A stretch of DNA of 50,209 nt, taken from NCBI GenBank assembly GCA_027366155.1, contig DAHXKV010000055.1:1-50209 (forward strand), in the 5' to 3' direction. This document shows, piece by piece, positions 26,925 to 37,500 of the stretch. The notes under the pieces are model-generated. The model did not search any database and was not told the origin of the DNA. It saw only the letters and a program-made list of their open reading frames with translations. Source of the stretch: Candidatus Micrarchaeota archaeon. GTDB taxonomy: Archaea > Micrarchaeota > Micrarchaeia > Micrarchaeales > CABMGC01. Numbering within the stretch: position 1 is the first letter of the stretch; the number at the start of each line of letters is the position of its first letter. The position numbers and the translations under genes were made by a program.

Positions 26925-27449
26925 ATGTCCTCCGTATTGTCTAGACCCCAAGCTACGTCGTTGCGAAAATTTTCCGAAACTGACCTAAAGGGAGTGATAA
27001 ATCTCTACAGGCAGGGCTTTGGAGGGCCCCCATGGAACCTGGAATTCACAGCCCAATGGGTTGAAGATGAGATAAGAAAGATAAGGAAAGCACCTGAAAG
27101 TCACATGATAGTGGCAGTTTCAGGACCTAAAGTGATAGCGATAAGCGCCGCCCACGTTCTCGACCAGAATGAATTTCCGTTTTTAAGTTCTGTCCTGCGC
27201 GGAAGTAAAACTGCATATGGTGCCGCATTGGTTGTAGACGAAGAACACAGAAGAACCGGCATAGCAAGCAAGCTTGTTGGAGAACGCGTGCCTTTTTTCG
27301 CTAAACGCGGATGTGATCTCATGGTGGGAAGAACAAAAAACCCAAGAATGGAAAACCTATACCACGAACTGGGGTACACCAATACTGGGATAAGAGACCC
27401 AAAATATCCTGACAGCTCGTACTTCCTCCTGGAAATCAAAAGGAGTTAG
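26925..27449 (+). CDS. GNAT-family N-acetyltransferase
   Basis: The acetyl-CoA loop reads LVVDEEHRRTGIASKLV. Size is about 174 aa. Confidence 0.7.
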   Translation: MSSVLSRPQATSLRKFSETDLKGVINLYRQGFGGPPWNLEFTAQWVEDEIRKIRKAPESHMIVAVSGPKVIAISAAHVLDQNEFPFLSSVLRGSKTAYGAALVVDEEHRRTGIASKLVGERVPFFAKRGCDLMVGRTKNPRMENLYHELGYTNTGIRDPKYPDSSYFLLEIKRS

Positions 27450-27450
27450 C

Positions 27451-28545
27451 ATGGACGCTATTGAACTAACCAAAGAGCTCATAATTGAAAACTCGGAAAA
27501 TAACAAAGCAGGAGAGCTTGGTATTGCAAAGCTAATAAGCGAAAAGCTGGATAACTTGTCTATAAAATATGCTCTTCTCCCATTCGGCGGCCAAAGAGCA
27601 AACCTCATCGCAGAGATAGGTACGGGGAAAGACGGGTTGATGCTCAACGGCCATCTCGACACGGTACCGATAGGTGACGAAACTAAATGGCACCATAGCC
27701 AGGGGGAAGAAACACGCGGGAGGATATATGGCCGCGGAGCGTCCGACATGAAAGGCGGAATCGCCTCCATGCTGTCTGCTTTAGAAAAGGCAAACACGCT
27801 GCGCCTAAACAAGAGAATACTCCTTGTCTTGGTTTCCGATGAAGAGTCATTTTCCTCAGGGTCACTCAAACTGCTAAAAAAACACCACAATCTCTTAAAG
27901 GGAGTCAGATACGGGATAATCTCAGAACCTACTGGCCTGGGAGTACAGATAGCACAGAAGGGTGCAGTCGGCATAAAAATCGAAGTGAGCGGCAAGCCGG
28001 CGCATGGATCAACTCCGTGGAAAGGAAGAAACGCGATAGTAGATGCGTCAAAACTTATAACCCAACTCCAAAAAGACTCAGGTTCACTTAAAAAACACAA
28101 ACTATTCGGCAGAAGCAGCCAAAACATAGGCACGATTACCGGAGGAACCATGGGCAATGTTGTCCCAGAAGCCTGCACCATTGAGATAGACAGAAGGATA
28201 ATCCCCGGCGAAACAGGAAAAGCCGCACTTTCCAAGATACGTGACACGATATCAAAACAGCGAATAAAAGCGAAAGCGTCGATAACTTTTGATGCGCCTC
28301 CATTTAACCTCGATTCAAGCTCTCGGATTGCATCTCTTGTAAAAACCCACTCCAAGACGCAATTCCTCTACTCCAACGGATATACTGAAGCAGAGCTTTA
28401 CAAGAGGCTTGCCGGAATAGACTCTGTTGTTTTTGGCCCGGGTGAAAAAAGAATGGCGCATACATACGACGAAAGCATAAGCATAAAAAAACTAAGGGCG
28501 CATTCGGAATGCCTTGTCTCAATAATAAGGGACTATGCAACATAA
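27451..28545 (+). CDS. M20-family metallopeptidase / deacylase (ArgE/DapE-like)
   Basis: The motifs are GHLDTVP, GRGASDMKGG, SDEE and GKPAHGSTP. It starts 1 nt after the GNAT stop, behind AGGAG. Confidence 0.8.
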   Translation: MDAIELTKELIIENSENNKAGELGIAKLISEKLDNLSIKYALLPFGGQRANLIAEIGTGKDGLMLNGHLDTVPIGDETKWHHSQGEETRGRIYGRGASDMKGGIASMLSALEKANTLRLNKRILLVLVSDEESFSSGSLKLLKKHHNLLKGVRYGIISEPTGLGVQIAQKGAVGIKIEVSGKPAHGSTPWKGRNAIVDASKLITQLQKDSGSLKKHKLFGRSSQNIGTITGGTMGNVVPEACTIEIDRRIIPGETGKAALSKIRDTISKQRIKAKASITFDAPPFNLDSSSRIASLVKTHSKTQFLYSNGYTEAELYKRLAGIDSVVFGPGEKRMAHTYDESISIKKLRAHSECLVSIIRDYAT

Positions 28546-28569
28546 TGCCCAAAGAGGCGTGCTTACCGC

Positions 28570-29475
28570 ATGGGAAACATAATAGCAATAGATGCAGGCG
28601 CCACTAACCTGAGGATAGCGCTTATCGACGGAAAGGGAAAGATCCTATCCCGTTTGTCATCAGTTACTGATGGGCCAAACCTCCTAAGACAACTATACGA
28701 AGGGATAGATGCCCATGACGCGTTTGAAGGCATTGCTGTGGCATTTGCAGGCCCGATAAGCAGGAAGACTGGTGCCATACTCAAATCACCAAATCTGGGC
28801 ATACAGGGGCTGAATCTTGTGGGTCTGCTTGAAAAGAAATATGGCAAAAAAGCAATCCTGATGAACGACTGCGTAGCTGCTGTGCTCGCTGAAAAGTACT
28901 ACGGAGCCGGTAAAGATTGCGACAACCTTGCTTATGTAACCATTAGCACGGGTATAGGGTGCGGCGTTATTATTGACGGGAAAGTCCTCCTCGGAAAAGA
29001 TGGAAATGCGCATGAAGTGGGCCATATGGTCATTGATCAGGACTCTCTACTCAGGTGTGGCTGCGGCAGCTATGGGCACTGGGAAGCATATTGCTCAGGA
29101 AAAAACATGCCCCGGTATGTGGGGCACCTGATCAAGACTGAGTATGCAGGAGAGCCAAGCGCGTTGTCTATCGGGAGAAAAAAAGCCCCTGCCGAACACC
29201 TGTTTGCAGTAAAAGGGGACAGGGTTGCATCGGAAATAATCGGAAAAATAGGCATGATAAACGCCACTGGCTTTGCAAACATAATAAATGTATACGACCC
29301 GGAACTAATAACTGTGGGCGGCTCTGTAGCTCTAAAAAACAAGCGCATACTTGAAGACATCAAGCGCAACGTTCACAAATACGCCATAAACCGCATGCCT
29401 GAAATACGACTTACCTCTTTGGGGGATGACATCTGCCTTTACGGGGCAGCTGCTGGCTTCAGGTACTTTGGATAA
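28570..29475 (+). CDS. ROK-family sugar kinase (glucokinase-like)
   Basis: The motifs are IIAIDAGATNLRIA, GIGCGVIIDGK, the zinc motif GHMVID...CGCGSYGHWEAYCSG, and ITVGGSV. Confidence 0.85.
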   Translation: MGNIIAIDAGATNLRIALIDGKGKILSRLSSVTDGPNLLRQLYEGIDAHDAFEGIAVAFAGPISRKTGAILKSPNLGIQGLNLVGLLEKKYGKKAILMNDCVAAVLAEKYYGAGKDCDNLAYVTISTGIGCGVIIDGKVLLGKDGNAHEVGHMVIDQDSLLRCGCGSYGHWEAYCSGKNMPRYVGHLIKTEYAGEPSALSIGRKKAPAEHLFAVKGDRVASEIIGKIGMINATGFANIINVYDPELITVGGSVALKNKRILEDIKRNVHKYAINRMPEIRLTSLGDDICLYGAAAGFRYFG

Positions 29476-29495
29476 TGCCGGCCTGCCTGTGACTC

Positions 29496-30995
29496 TCAGC
29501 CTATCTTCTCAAAGAGATGCGGTCCTTTGGTTATCCGTCCGGAAAAGCTGCCCCTGAATTTGCAGTCTTCAATGCTCTTTATCTCGCTCCCTAGCATCCC
29601 GGCTATCTTCTCCGCACTCTGCGGCACAAAGGGATAAACAATTATCGAGATGACTCTCAGTGATTCGAGGAGATTGTATAATACGCTGTCAAGCTCCGGT
29701 CCCTTCAGCTTCCACGGCTCCTTGCTATTCACATAGGCATTGCACTCCCTGACAAACGCCATTGCCAGCTCAAGCGCTTCGTGGAGGTGCCCATTATCGA
29801 GCCTAAAGCGGAATTCAGCCATATCCAATTTCTTGCTCATCTCGGCATTCCCTGAAAATTCGCTTTTCCCATCTTTTTCTGCTATTGTAAGCACCCTGTT
29901 GACTAGGTTGCCCAGATCTCCAAGAAGCTCCTTGTTATGCCTATTTACAAGTGCGCCTTCGCTGAAGTTGCTATCCTCAAAATTTGGCGAGTCCCTTATG
30001 AAATAGTACCTAAGGCTATCCGAACCATACTTATTCATCATGTTTAACGGGCTTACAACGTTTCCTATGGACTTGCTCATCTTCTCCCCGTTTACGGTGA
30101 AGTAGCCATGGACGAACAGTGCTTTTGGAATACCAATCCCTGCGGAAAGAAGCATGGCAGGCCAATAAACCGAGTGGAACCTTATTATCCCCTTTCCAAC
30201 CACGTGGACATCAGCCGGCCAGGTTTTCATGAAGTGTTCTTCATCGCCCACAAATCCGACTCCTGTTATGTATACGGCAAGCGCATCGAACCACACATAT
30301 ATGGTCTGGGAAGGGTCTCCGGGCACGGGTATTCCCCAGCCGTGTGCCCTTCCTGCAGAACGAGACACGCTGAAGTCCTCCAGCCCGGCCCTTATGAAGC
30401 TGAGTATCTCATTCTTCCTGCTTTCAGGCATTATCCTGAACTGGTCTTTGGAAATCATTCTCTCTAAGGATTCTTGGTATTTGGAAAGCCGGAAGAAATA
30501 ATTATCCTCCTCAACCACATCCGGCTTTGTTTTGTGTTCAGGGCATTTGCCCTCTACGAGCTCGCCCTCAGTGTAGAACGCCTCACATCCGACACAGTAC
30601 AGGCCCTTATACCTCTTTTTGTATATATCACCATTTTCTGCACACCTCCTCCATAGCTCCCCGACGCCTTTCCGGTGCGCCTCGCTCACAGAAGACCGTA
30701 CGAAGGCAGTGTAAGAGAGCCCTATCCTGTCAGCGAGCTCCCTGAATAACAGCGCATTTCTACTGCATAATTCCTCAACCGAGATTCCAGCAGCCTCAGC
30801 GGCCTTGACGTTCTTAAGGCTGTTCTCATCTGCTCCGGTAACCAGGTTGACCTCATATCCCACCAGCTTCCTGTATCTGGCGATGACGTCCGCCTGCGCA
30901 AACTCAAGCGCATGGCCTATGTGCGGCGCAGCGTTGACGTAGGGTATTGACGTAGTTATGTAAAATCCAGCCAAAAAATTACCTGAAACTGCCAA
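29496..30995 (-). CDS. metG: Methionyl-tRNA synthetase (short form, no C-terminal dimerisation/tRNA-binding appendix)
   Basis: The motifs are PHIGHA (HIGH), the zinc knuckle CVGCEAFYTEGELVEGKCPEH, and KMSKS. The start is non-ATG (TTG). Confidence 0.9.
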   Translation of the reverse strand: MAVSGNFLAGFYITTSIPYVNAAPHIGHALEFAQADVIARYRKLVGYEVNLVTGADENSLKNVKAAEAAGISVEELCSRNALLFRELADRIGLSYTAFVRSSVSEAHRKGVGELWRRCAENGDIYKKRYKGLYCVGCEAFYTEGELVEGKCPEHKTKPDVVEEDNYFFRLSKYQESLERMISKDQFRIMPESRKNEILSFIRAGLEDFSVSRSAGRAHGWGIPVPGDPSQTIYVWFDALAVYITGVGFVGDEEHFMKTWPADVHVVGKGIIRFHSVYWPAMLLSAGIGIPKALFVHGYFTVNGEKMSKSIGNVVSPLNMMNKYGSDSLRYYFIRDSPNFEDSNFSEGALVNRHNKELLGDLGNLVNRVLTIAEKDGKSEFSGNAEMSKKLDMAEFRFRLDNGHLHEALELAMAFVRECNAYVNSKEPWKLKGPELDSVLYNLLESLRVISIIVYPFVPQSAEKIAGMLGSEIKSIEDCKFRGSFSGRITKGPHLFEKIG

Positions 30996-31057
30996 TAAAT
31001 TATTTCGTACTTAGTTATTTTATGCCTTTAGAACAAACATCATACGGAGGTTAGTCA

Positions 31058-33115
31058 ATGGACGAGGCGGCAAAAGCCGAATTAGGAGACAAGTTCATTG
31101 AGTTCTTCAATGCCTACTACACTGACAAGGTCTCCGGAATGTACCTTTCCTACCCGAAGATCAGGAGCCTCCAGGCAGACATAAAGGATATGGAAAAATT
31201 CGACCATGAGCTGGCCCTTGAGTTGATAAACAACCCTGACGAGGTCCTTCCCGCGGCCAATGCCGCTCTCTCAAAACTCAATCCCAACCCAAACGCGGAA
31301 GAGCCTGTACATGCAAGGTTCTATGGTCTAGACGGGGCACCGCTCATACAGGAAGTAGGCTCGGAATATATTGGCAAGATACTCTCGCTAGATTCGCTCA
31401 CGGTGAAGCGCTCTGAGATAATCCCAAAGGTCAGCATAGGTGTCTTCAGGTGCACCTTCTGCGGAACCGTCCTCAAGCTCAAGATAGAGCGGGACATGAG
31501 TGTGGATTTCTGCCCCCAGTGCAAAAGACGGTCGCTGAAGCAGGAGAATGCCGAGTCTCACTTCACGAACCTGCAGAAGATAGCCGTCCAGGATCCACTG
31601 GAAAAGCTGAAGGGAAGCACGCCAACCTGGCAGCTGGAGGTCTGGCTTGAAGACGATCTAGTAAATACCGTAATACCTGGAGACAGGGTGGAGATAACAG
31701 GGATATTGCGCATAAGGCCGCGCCGGAATCAGCGCGGAAAAGAGGACAAGATGCTCTACACCATGTTCTTCGATGCAGTCTCGGTTCAGCACAAACAGAA
31801 GGAATTCGCCGAGCTGGAAATCTCACAGGAGGACGAGGAGAGGATAAAGGAACTGGGTTCAGACCCTCACATATTCGAGAACATATCAAAATCAATAGCG
31901 CCATCAATATTCGGATACGAGGAGATAAAGAAGGCACTCACCCTGGCGTTGTTTGGAGGCACACCAGACAAGAAACTCATAGACGGAGCGCCTATACGTA
32001 GCGACATACACATGCTGCTTATAGGGGATCCAGGAAGCGCAAAGACCCGTCTCCTGCAATCGGTGACCTCGCTTGTACCGAAAGGAATATATGTAAGCGG
32101 AAAATCCACCACCTCGGCAGGGCTCACTGCCTCAGCCGAGAAGGATGAATTCTCGGAAGGCGGCTGGACGCTGAAGGCCGGCGCGCTCGTGCTGGGCAGC
32201 GGCGGCGAGGTTTCGATAGACGAGTTTGACAAGGTAAGCGACGATGACAAATCAGCGCTCCTTGAAGCCATGGAATCCCAAACAATAAGCGTTGCCAAGG
32301 CGGGCATAGTCGCAAGGTTTAACACAAAAACCTCGATACTAGCCGCGGCAAACCCCAAATACGGACGGTTTGACCAGAATGCCTATCCTGCCGACCAGTT
32401 TGATATACCGCCCACGCTGCTCTCCAGATTCGACCTAATCTTCCCGATAAAGGACATTCTGGACGAAGAGAAGGACAGGCAGATAGCCCACCATATTCTC
32501 CTTCAGCACAGTGCCGCCGGAGCGCAGCTTGCAGACATATCGGGGCACGAACAGGTAGAAAAGCCGCCACTGGACCAGGAACTGCTGCGCAAATACGTGG
32601 CCTATGCAAAAAGGCACGTGAGGCCCAGGCTTTCCGACGAGGCATCAAAAAGAATCTCCGATTACTACGTCGAACTTAGGAAAATAGGGATGAAGCAGGG
32701 AGCAACGCCAATCACTCCCAGGCAGATAGAGGGTCTTGTCAGGCTTGCAGAGGCCAGTGCGAAGAGCAAACTATCTGGAATAATAGAGCTCAAAGACGCC
32801 GACCTTGCAATCTCCCTATTCGAATACATGCTCAACACGCTAGCTGTGGACAGGGGCGGAAGAAAGGACATAGATGCCCTGCTTACTGGAATGCCACGGG
32901 AGAAAGTCAACAGGATAAATACAATAATAGCAATAATAAAGGGCCTTGAGGAGAAGGAGGGCAGCGCCAAGATAGTAAGCATACTCGAAGAAGCTGAAAA
33001 GCAGGGAATGGACCGCGGAACAACGACTCGATACATAAGCGAGCTTGAGCGCAGCGGAGACGTATTCTCTCCCAAAGCAGGAGTGATAAAGATAGTCAAA
33101 AGGGACGAGGAGTAG
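31058..33115 (+). CDS. mcm: MCM replicative helicase
   Basis: It has a zinc finger CTFCGT...CPQCKRR, Walker A GDPGSAKT, Walker B IDEFDK, the arginine finger SRFDLIF, and a C-terminal wHTH. GGAGG (31046-31050) lies upstream of the ATG. Confidence 0.95.
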   Translation: MDEAAKAELGDKFIEFFNAYYTDKVSGMYLSYPKIRSLQADIKDMEKFDHELALELINNPDEVLPAANAALSKLNPNPNAEEPVHARFYGLDGAPLIQEVGSEYIGKILSLDSLTVKRSEIIPKVSIGVFRCTFCGTVLKLKIERDMSVDFCPQCKRRSLKQENAESHFTNLQKIAVQDPLEKLKGSTPTWQLEVWLEDDLVNTVIPGDRVEITGILRIRPRRNQRGKEDKMLYTMFFDAVSVQHKQKEFAELEISQEDEERIKELGSDPHIFENISKSIAPSIFGYEEIKKALTLALFGGTPDKKLIDGAPIRSDIHMLLIGDPGSAKTRLLQSVTSLVPKGIYVSGKSTTSAGLTASAEKDEFSEGGWTLKAGALVLGSGGEVSIDEFDKVSDDDKSALLEAMESQTISVAKAGIVARFNTKTSILAAANPKYGRFDQNAYPADQFDIPPTLLSRFDLIFPIKDILDEEKDRQIAHHILLQHSAAGAQLADISGHEQVEKPPLDQELLRKYVAYAKRHVRPRLSDEASKRISDYYVELRKIGMKQGATPITPRQIEGLVRLAEASAKSKLSGIIELKDADLAISLFEYMLNTLAVDRGGRKDIDALLTGMPREKVNRINTIIAIIKGLEEKEGSAKIVSILEEAEKQGMDRGTTTRYISELERSGDVFSPKAGVIKIVKRDEE

Positions 33116-33154
33116 CCAATTGCCGTTAATGCAATACTTTATTCAAGTATCTTT

Positions 33155-33179
33155 GCAGGATTGCTCAGCAGCATCCTGC
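33155..33179. terminator. Hairpin between the convergent mcm and geranylgeranyl reductase genes
   Basis: GCAGGAT-(11 nt)-ATCCTGC, flanked by T-rich sequence. Confidence 0.3.
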
Positions 33180-33224
33180 TATGCACATCCACAGCTGGAA
33201 AATCCACAGCTCCTCTCCCTCCAT

Positions 33225-34352
33225 TTATAATGCATTATAGACTGCGTCAGCCAGGCCGCGGATTGAATTACCTATGATCCTGCTTGGCATATCCATCTCC
33301 CCATATCTTCCCAGCAGGCTTCCTACGCCAACATATTCCATAAGCCCAAGCATCGACTCAAGGCCACCCGGGCCCATGTTTGAATAGGCCCATCTTATTA
33401 ATACATGCAGCCATGTGTCCAAAAAATATCTTCTCCTATATTCCTTTTCATACCAACCTATCCCGTCTTTTCCATCTATCTCCTTCCTTATTCCTTCCGC
33501 CGCAAGCAGAGCTGCATTACCTCCAAATACTATGCCTCCGCCTGTAGAGGGCTTTACCTGCCCAGCAGCATCCCCGACAAGCAAGATCCCGTGTGCCCTA
33601 TCTGCTATCTTCCCTCTAAGTCCCATGGGAATGATGCTTGCCCCTTCAGAGACAGGCCTCTTTCCAGAGACAATATTGGCTATGCTGGGCAATGAAATGA
33701 GCCTATCGAACGCCTTCTTCGCATTCCCATGGTTGTGGCTTAGTCCGACGCCGACTTCAATAACATCCTTGGAATTGGGGCAAACCCATCCGAACAGCCC
33801 CTTCGAAATGCCATTGTTGAGAAATATGTCCACTACATCCGCGTTTTCAGCAGACATCTCGTAATCTGCCTTGTATGTTACGCAATAATCAGGTATGCTG
33901 CCCATGGAGAAATGCCTTGCAACCGAAGAAACCGCGCCGTCAGCGCCGACTATCATGCTAGATTCGGAAAGGGATGCGAGGCCGCTGCCGGCAATCCTCC
34001 TTTCCAGTATGACTTCTGCGCCTGCCGAAACCGCCTCATCATGGCAGACATCATTCAGTCTTTCCCTGTCAACCACATGCGCCATTGCCTCCTTGGAATA
34101 CGCAGAAAGGGAATTCTTTCCCGCATGTATCCTTGCGCCATGAAGGGTGTTTGTTACTGCTCCGGAATAATCCACGCCAAGGCTCTGCAGTCCGGTCCGC
34201 GAGACTATGCCCGAAGCATGGACGGGCCTTCCAGGGAGCCTCTTTTGCTCATATACCGAAACTCCTACTCCAAGCTCTGCAAGCCTCCTTGCAGCAATAA
34301 GCCCTGCAGTGCCTGCGCCTATTACTGAAGCGTGATCTCTCTTATCTGGCAT
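33225..34352 (-). CDS. Geranylgeranyl reductase family flavoprotein (archaeal lipid saturation)
   Basis: The FAD motifs are VIGAGTAGLIAARRLAELG and LLVGDAAGQVKPSTGGGI. Confidence 0.8.
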   Translation of the reverse strand: MPDKRDHASVIGAGTAGLIAARRLAELGVGVSVYEQKRLPGRPVHASGIVSRTGLQSLGVDYSGAVTNTLHGARIHAGKNSLSAYSKEAMAHVVDRERLNDVCHDEAVSAGAEVILERRIAGSGLASLSESSMIVGADGAVSSVARHFSMGSIPDYCVTYKADYEMSAENADVVDIFLNNGISKGLFGWVCPNSKDVIEVGVGLSHNHGNAKKAFDRLISLPSIANIVSGKRPVSEGASIIPMGLRGKIADRAHGILLVGDAAGQVKPSTGGGIVFGGNAALLAAEGIRKEIDGKDGIGWYEKEYRRRYFLDTWLHVLIRWAYSNMGPGGLESMLGLMEYVGVGSLLGRYGEMDMPSRIIGNSIRGLADAVYNAL

Positions 34353-34518
34353 AAGAAACCAACATAAATCTTCTCATTTAAAGTTAATAAGCTCTTCGCG
34401 AAATGACATGCCCCTGCAGGAAGCCAAACCTAAAACGAACGGCATCTTTATAAATATGAATTGAGATTTAAAAGAACCCGCATGAGCATTTGCATCCATT
34501 CACTCACAACGTGCTAAT

Positions 34519-37500
34519 ATGTCATTGTACGCAGTTTTTATAGGCTTTATCTCAATAATTGTCCCAGGGTTCTTTCTCTCACTGGCCCTGCTCAAGAAAA
34601 CTAAGCTTAACATAATCGAAATAGCCATAATAGGGTTCATCTTTGGCATGATCTTCCCTCCAGGGATGACATGGATTGAAGGGTATTTCATAAACAGCAT
34701 ACACTTCCTGGCCTTTTCCGCAAATCTATATCAAATAAATGTAGTGATCCTGACAATAGTAGGAATAATCCTATCTGCATGGCAGGGTGCATTCGGCACT
34801 GATTTCCTTGCCAAGTTAAACTTTTCAGGAACCAACGGCTCCAGAAAGCACGTCACTGCCGCAGCGGAGAAACACTACGAATTAGATTCTAAGATAACCT
34901 CCTTAAAGATCGACGAGCAGCTAATGCTCCGGCACAAGGCTGAAGAAGATGAGATGCAAAAGCGCCACTCTGGAGAACTCGCCATGCTCAAGCAGAAAGG
35001 CGCAGGAAGCGAAGAGCTTGAAAAGGTCAGGGAATCACACGCGGAACAGGAGCGCAACCTCCACCGTGAGCACGAAAGGGAGGAAAGCAGAGTTCTTGCA
35101 GAAAAGCCAAAACCGCAAAGCACCCAGATAATGCACTATCTTGCATGGGGGCTCTTGCTGGTACTGATGCTCGTTGCATTTTCCTCTAGAGTATCAAATA
35201 TCTCCACAGCACCACGCTATTTCGAATTTGACCCATACTTTGACATGATGAGCACCGCGCAAATACTTACTTACGGGTACCAGCTCAAGCTTGACCATTC
35301 TGCATGGCCCGTATATCTCAACGGTTCGCTCATACAGCAGGGAAGCAACGCGGCAAACGGCACAATCCACAGGATACAGCCTCTCATGCCCTACCTTGAG
35401 GCTTACTGGTATGAGATAGCCAACTCACCTCCGCCTCCAGGGATAAGCCAAGCCTCAACCTCCGGTGCGGTAAACACCAACCTACTTTCAACCGTTAGTT
35501 CAGTCTACCCCCCCATAACCGCAGCACTGCTTGTTTTTGTTGTATTCATGTTCCTATACCATGAGTACGGCGACTTCCCTGCAATAATAGGCGCGGCATT
35601 TGCCACAATCATGCCCACATTGATAACCACTTTTATAGCCGGAGAGCAGCTTGTCGAGCCGTGGGGCATCTTCGCCCTGTTCTTCATGGTAGCTTCATAC
35701 GCGCTAGCGGCACAGAATCCTAAGGAGAAACGATACGCGATACTTGCCGGAATAGCATTCGCATCAAACTTCCTCGGCGCGCACTACTACAACGTAACTG
35801 CCGCAGTGCTTGCATTCTACATACTCGTGCAATCGATAATAGACGCAGCAACTGACAGAAACAGTATGGACTTCTATAAGATGAATGCCCTGATGCTCTT
35901 TGTAATAATACTATTCTATGCAGTATATGCGCCTTACAATGCAACCCTTACTAATAGGATCCCGACAATACTCGGCATTCCGACAATAGTATCATTTCCA
36001 CTGCTCGCCCTGATTGTGGGCGTACTCGCTGGAATACTTACCGACACCCTCTCATTTTCCTCTATACCTAAGAATGCCAAAGAGATCCTCCACAAGCCGC
36101 TTAACCTGTTCGGGAAGAATAACCGTACCGTTGGGAGGGTATTTGTCATAATAGCCCTCATAATAATTGCAATAGTGGCGATACTTGTCACCCCAATAGG
36201 CAAGCCTATACACGACTACATCTCCCTGGCAGAGCATTTCACAACCCCATCAACTCCGCTCTTCATGACAGTGCAGGAGTACCTTGTCACTGGCCCTGCA
36301 TTCAATTTCGGCTCGGCAGGATTCGGGATCATAGGTGCGAGCATAGGCGGATTCCCGCTCATAATCTGGATAATGTTGATACTTTTCATGATTATGACAG
36401 CATACGAGATCTTCCTAAAAGGCTCCAGGTCTGCCATATTCACCTTAGTAATGGTCCTCGTGCTATCTGCGGCAGGAATGAGCGAGGTCAAGTACCTCCC
36501 GCACTTCGGCGTTGCATACATAATAGCAATCGGCGTTGTAATAGGCGAGCTATACATGATAGTAAAATCACTATCACGCGACACCGTGAAAAACTCCACA
36601 ACCCTTTACACAATAGGCGCTGGCGCTATAATCATAGAATCAACCCTTCTGATCCTAAGCTCGGGCATGCTGATAGGGCTTGCAATAATTGCAGTAGGCA
36701 TAATCATATCAGTAATATACTCGTACCTCGCCACCAACTCCTCCCCAACCGAGGCAAATCTTTCTATGTATTCGACGGGCATGTCCGCATTAATCCTTGG
36801 AATTCTGGTAATAATCTCCGGTGCCTCGCCTCTTATCACTACGTTTACTGCACATAACATGAGCTGTTCAAACATCTCAAAGGACAACATGGTGGTTGCC
36901 GATACGATGTATTGCAATCAGCTGACGTCCCAATGGCTTACTGCCACTGAATGGATGAGGGCAAACATAGGGCCTTTCGCCCCAAGGATACTTTCATGGT
37001 GGGACTATGGGGACTGGATAAACTGGTTCGGGAACAGCAACGCCGTTATACGCGGTGACAACGCAGTTGCCACGCTAGACTATGCAGTCGCTGCACACTA
37101 TGTCCTGGGAAGCAGCGACGGATACAACTCTACCGCGCTCGGGAAGTTTATGGACTCAACTCAGGCAAAATATGTCCTTTTTGACGATCAGCTTGTGCCA
37201 AAGTGGTCTGCTCTAGACTTCCTGGCCTGCGTATACGCGAATCAGACGAGCAAGGCATATGCAATATCGCAAGGCAAGCCTTATGGGCAGTCTTTCCTTC
37301 TTGGCACCTCTCCATGCGAGCTCTCACACGACCCGGCGGTAATCGCTATACCTGCACAGCCAAGCATAAACGAATACTGCCAGCTTCCAAACAAGGTGAC
37401 TGCAATAAGTGCGATCTCGCTTGTGGGGATGACTGTGCCTTCTCAGCTAAACCAGTCATTCTGCGTTTCTCCAACCCAGAACGCAAACGGCGTCCTAAAC

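Noticed and set aside
27357-28355. A 332-aa ORF antisense to the M20 peptidase gene. Similar long antisense ORFs occur at 336-851, 12646-13083, 14468-14911, 24708-25220, 31867-32358 and 47798-48400.
   Set aside because: Each lies entirely inside a gene whose product has unmistakable family motifs on the opposite strand. Their translations are Ser/Pro/Leu-rich with no motifs. They are shadow ORFs of the real genes.
20486-29475. The accessory block as a bounded mobile or integrative element.
   Set aside because: I could find no integrase, transposase, terminal inverted or direct repeats, or flanking tRNA. The only tRNA is 12 kb away. It is reported only as a compositional oddity.
31058-33115. 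Inteins in MCM, and likewise in DP2 and rpoA'.
   Set aside because: The lengths are normal and the sequences are collinear with the conserved motifs. There are no Cys/Ser...His-Asn splice-junction blocks or endonuclease motifs. The rpoA' stretch between the zinc motifs is only a Gln/Glu-rich low-complexity expansion.
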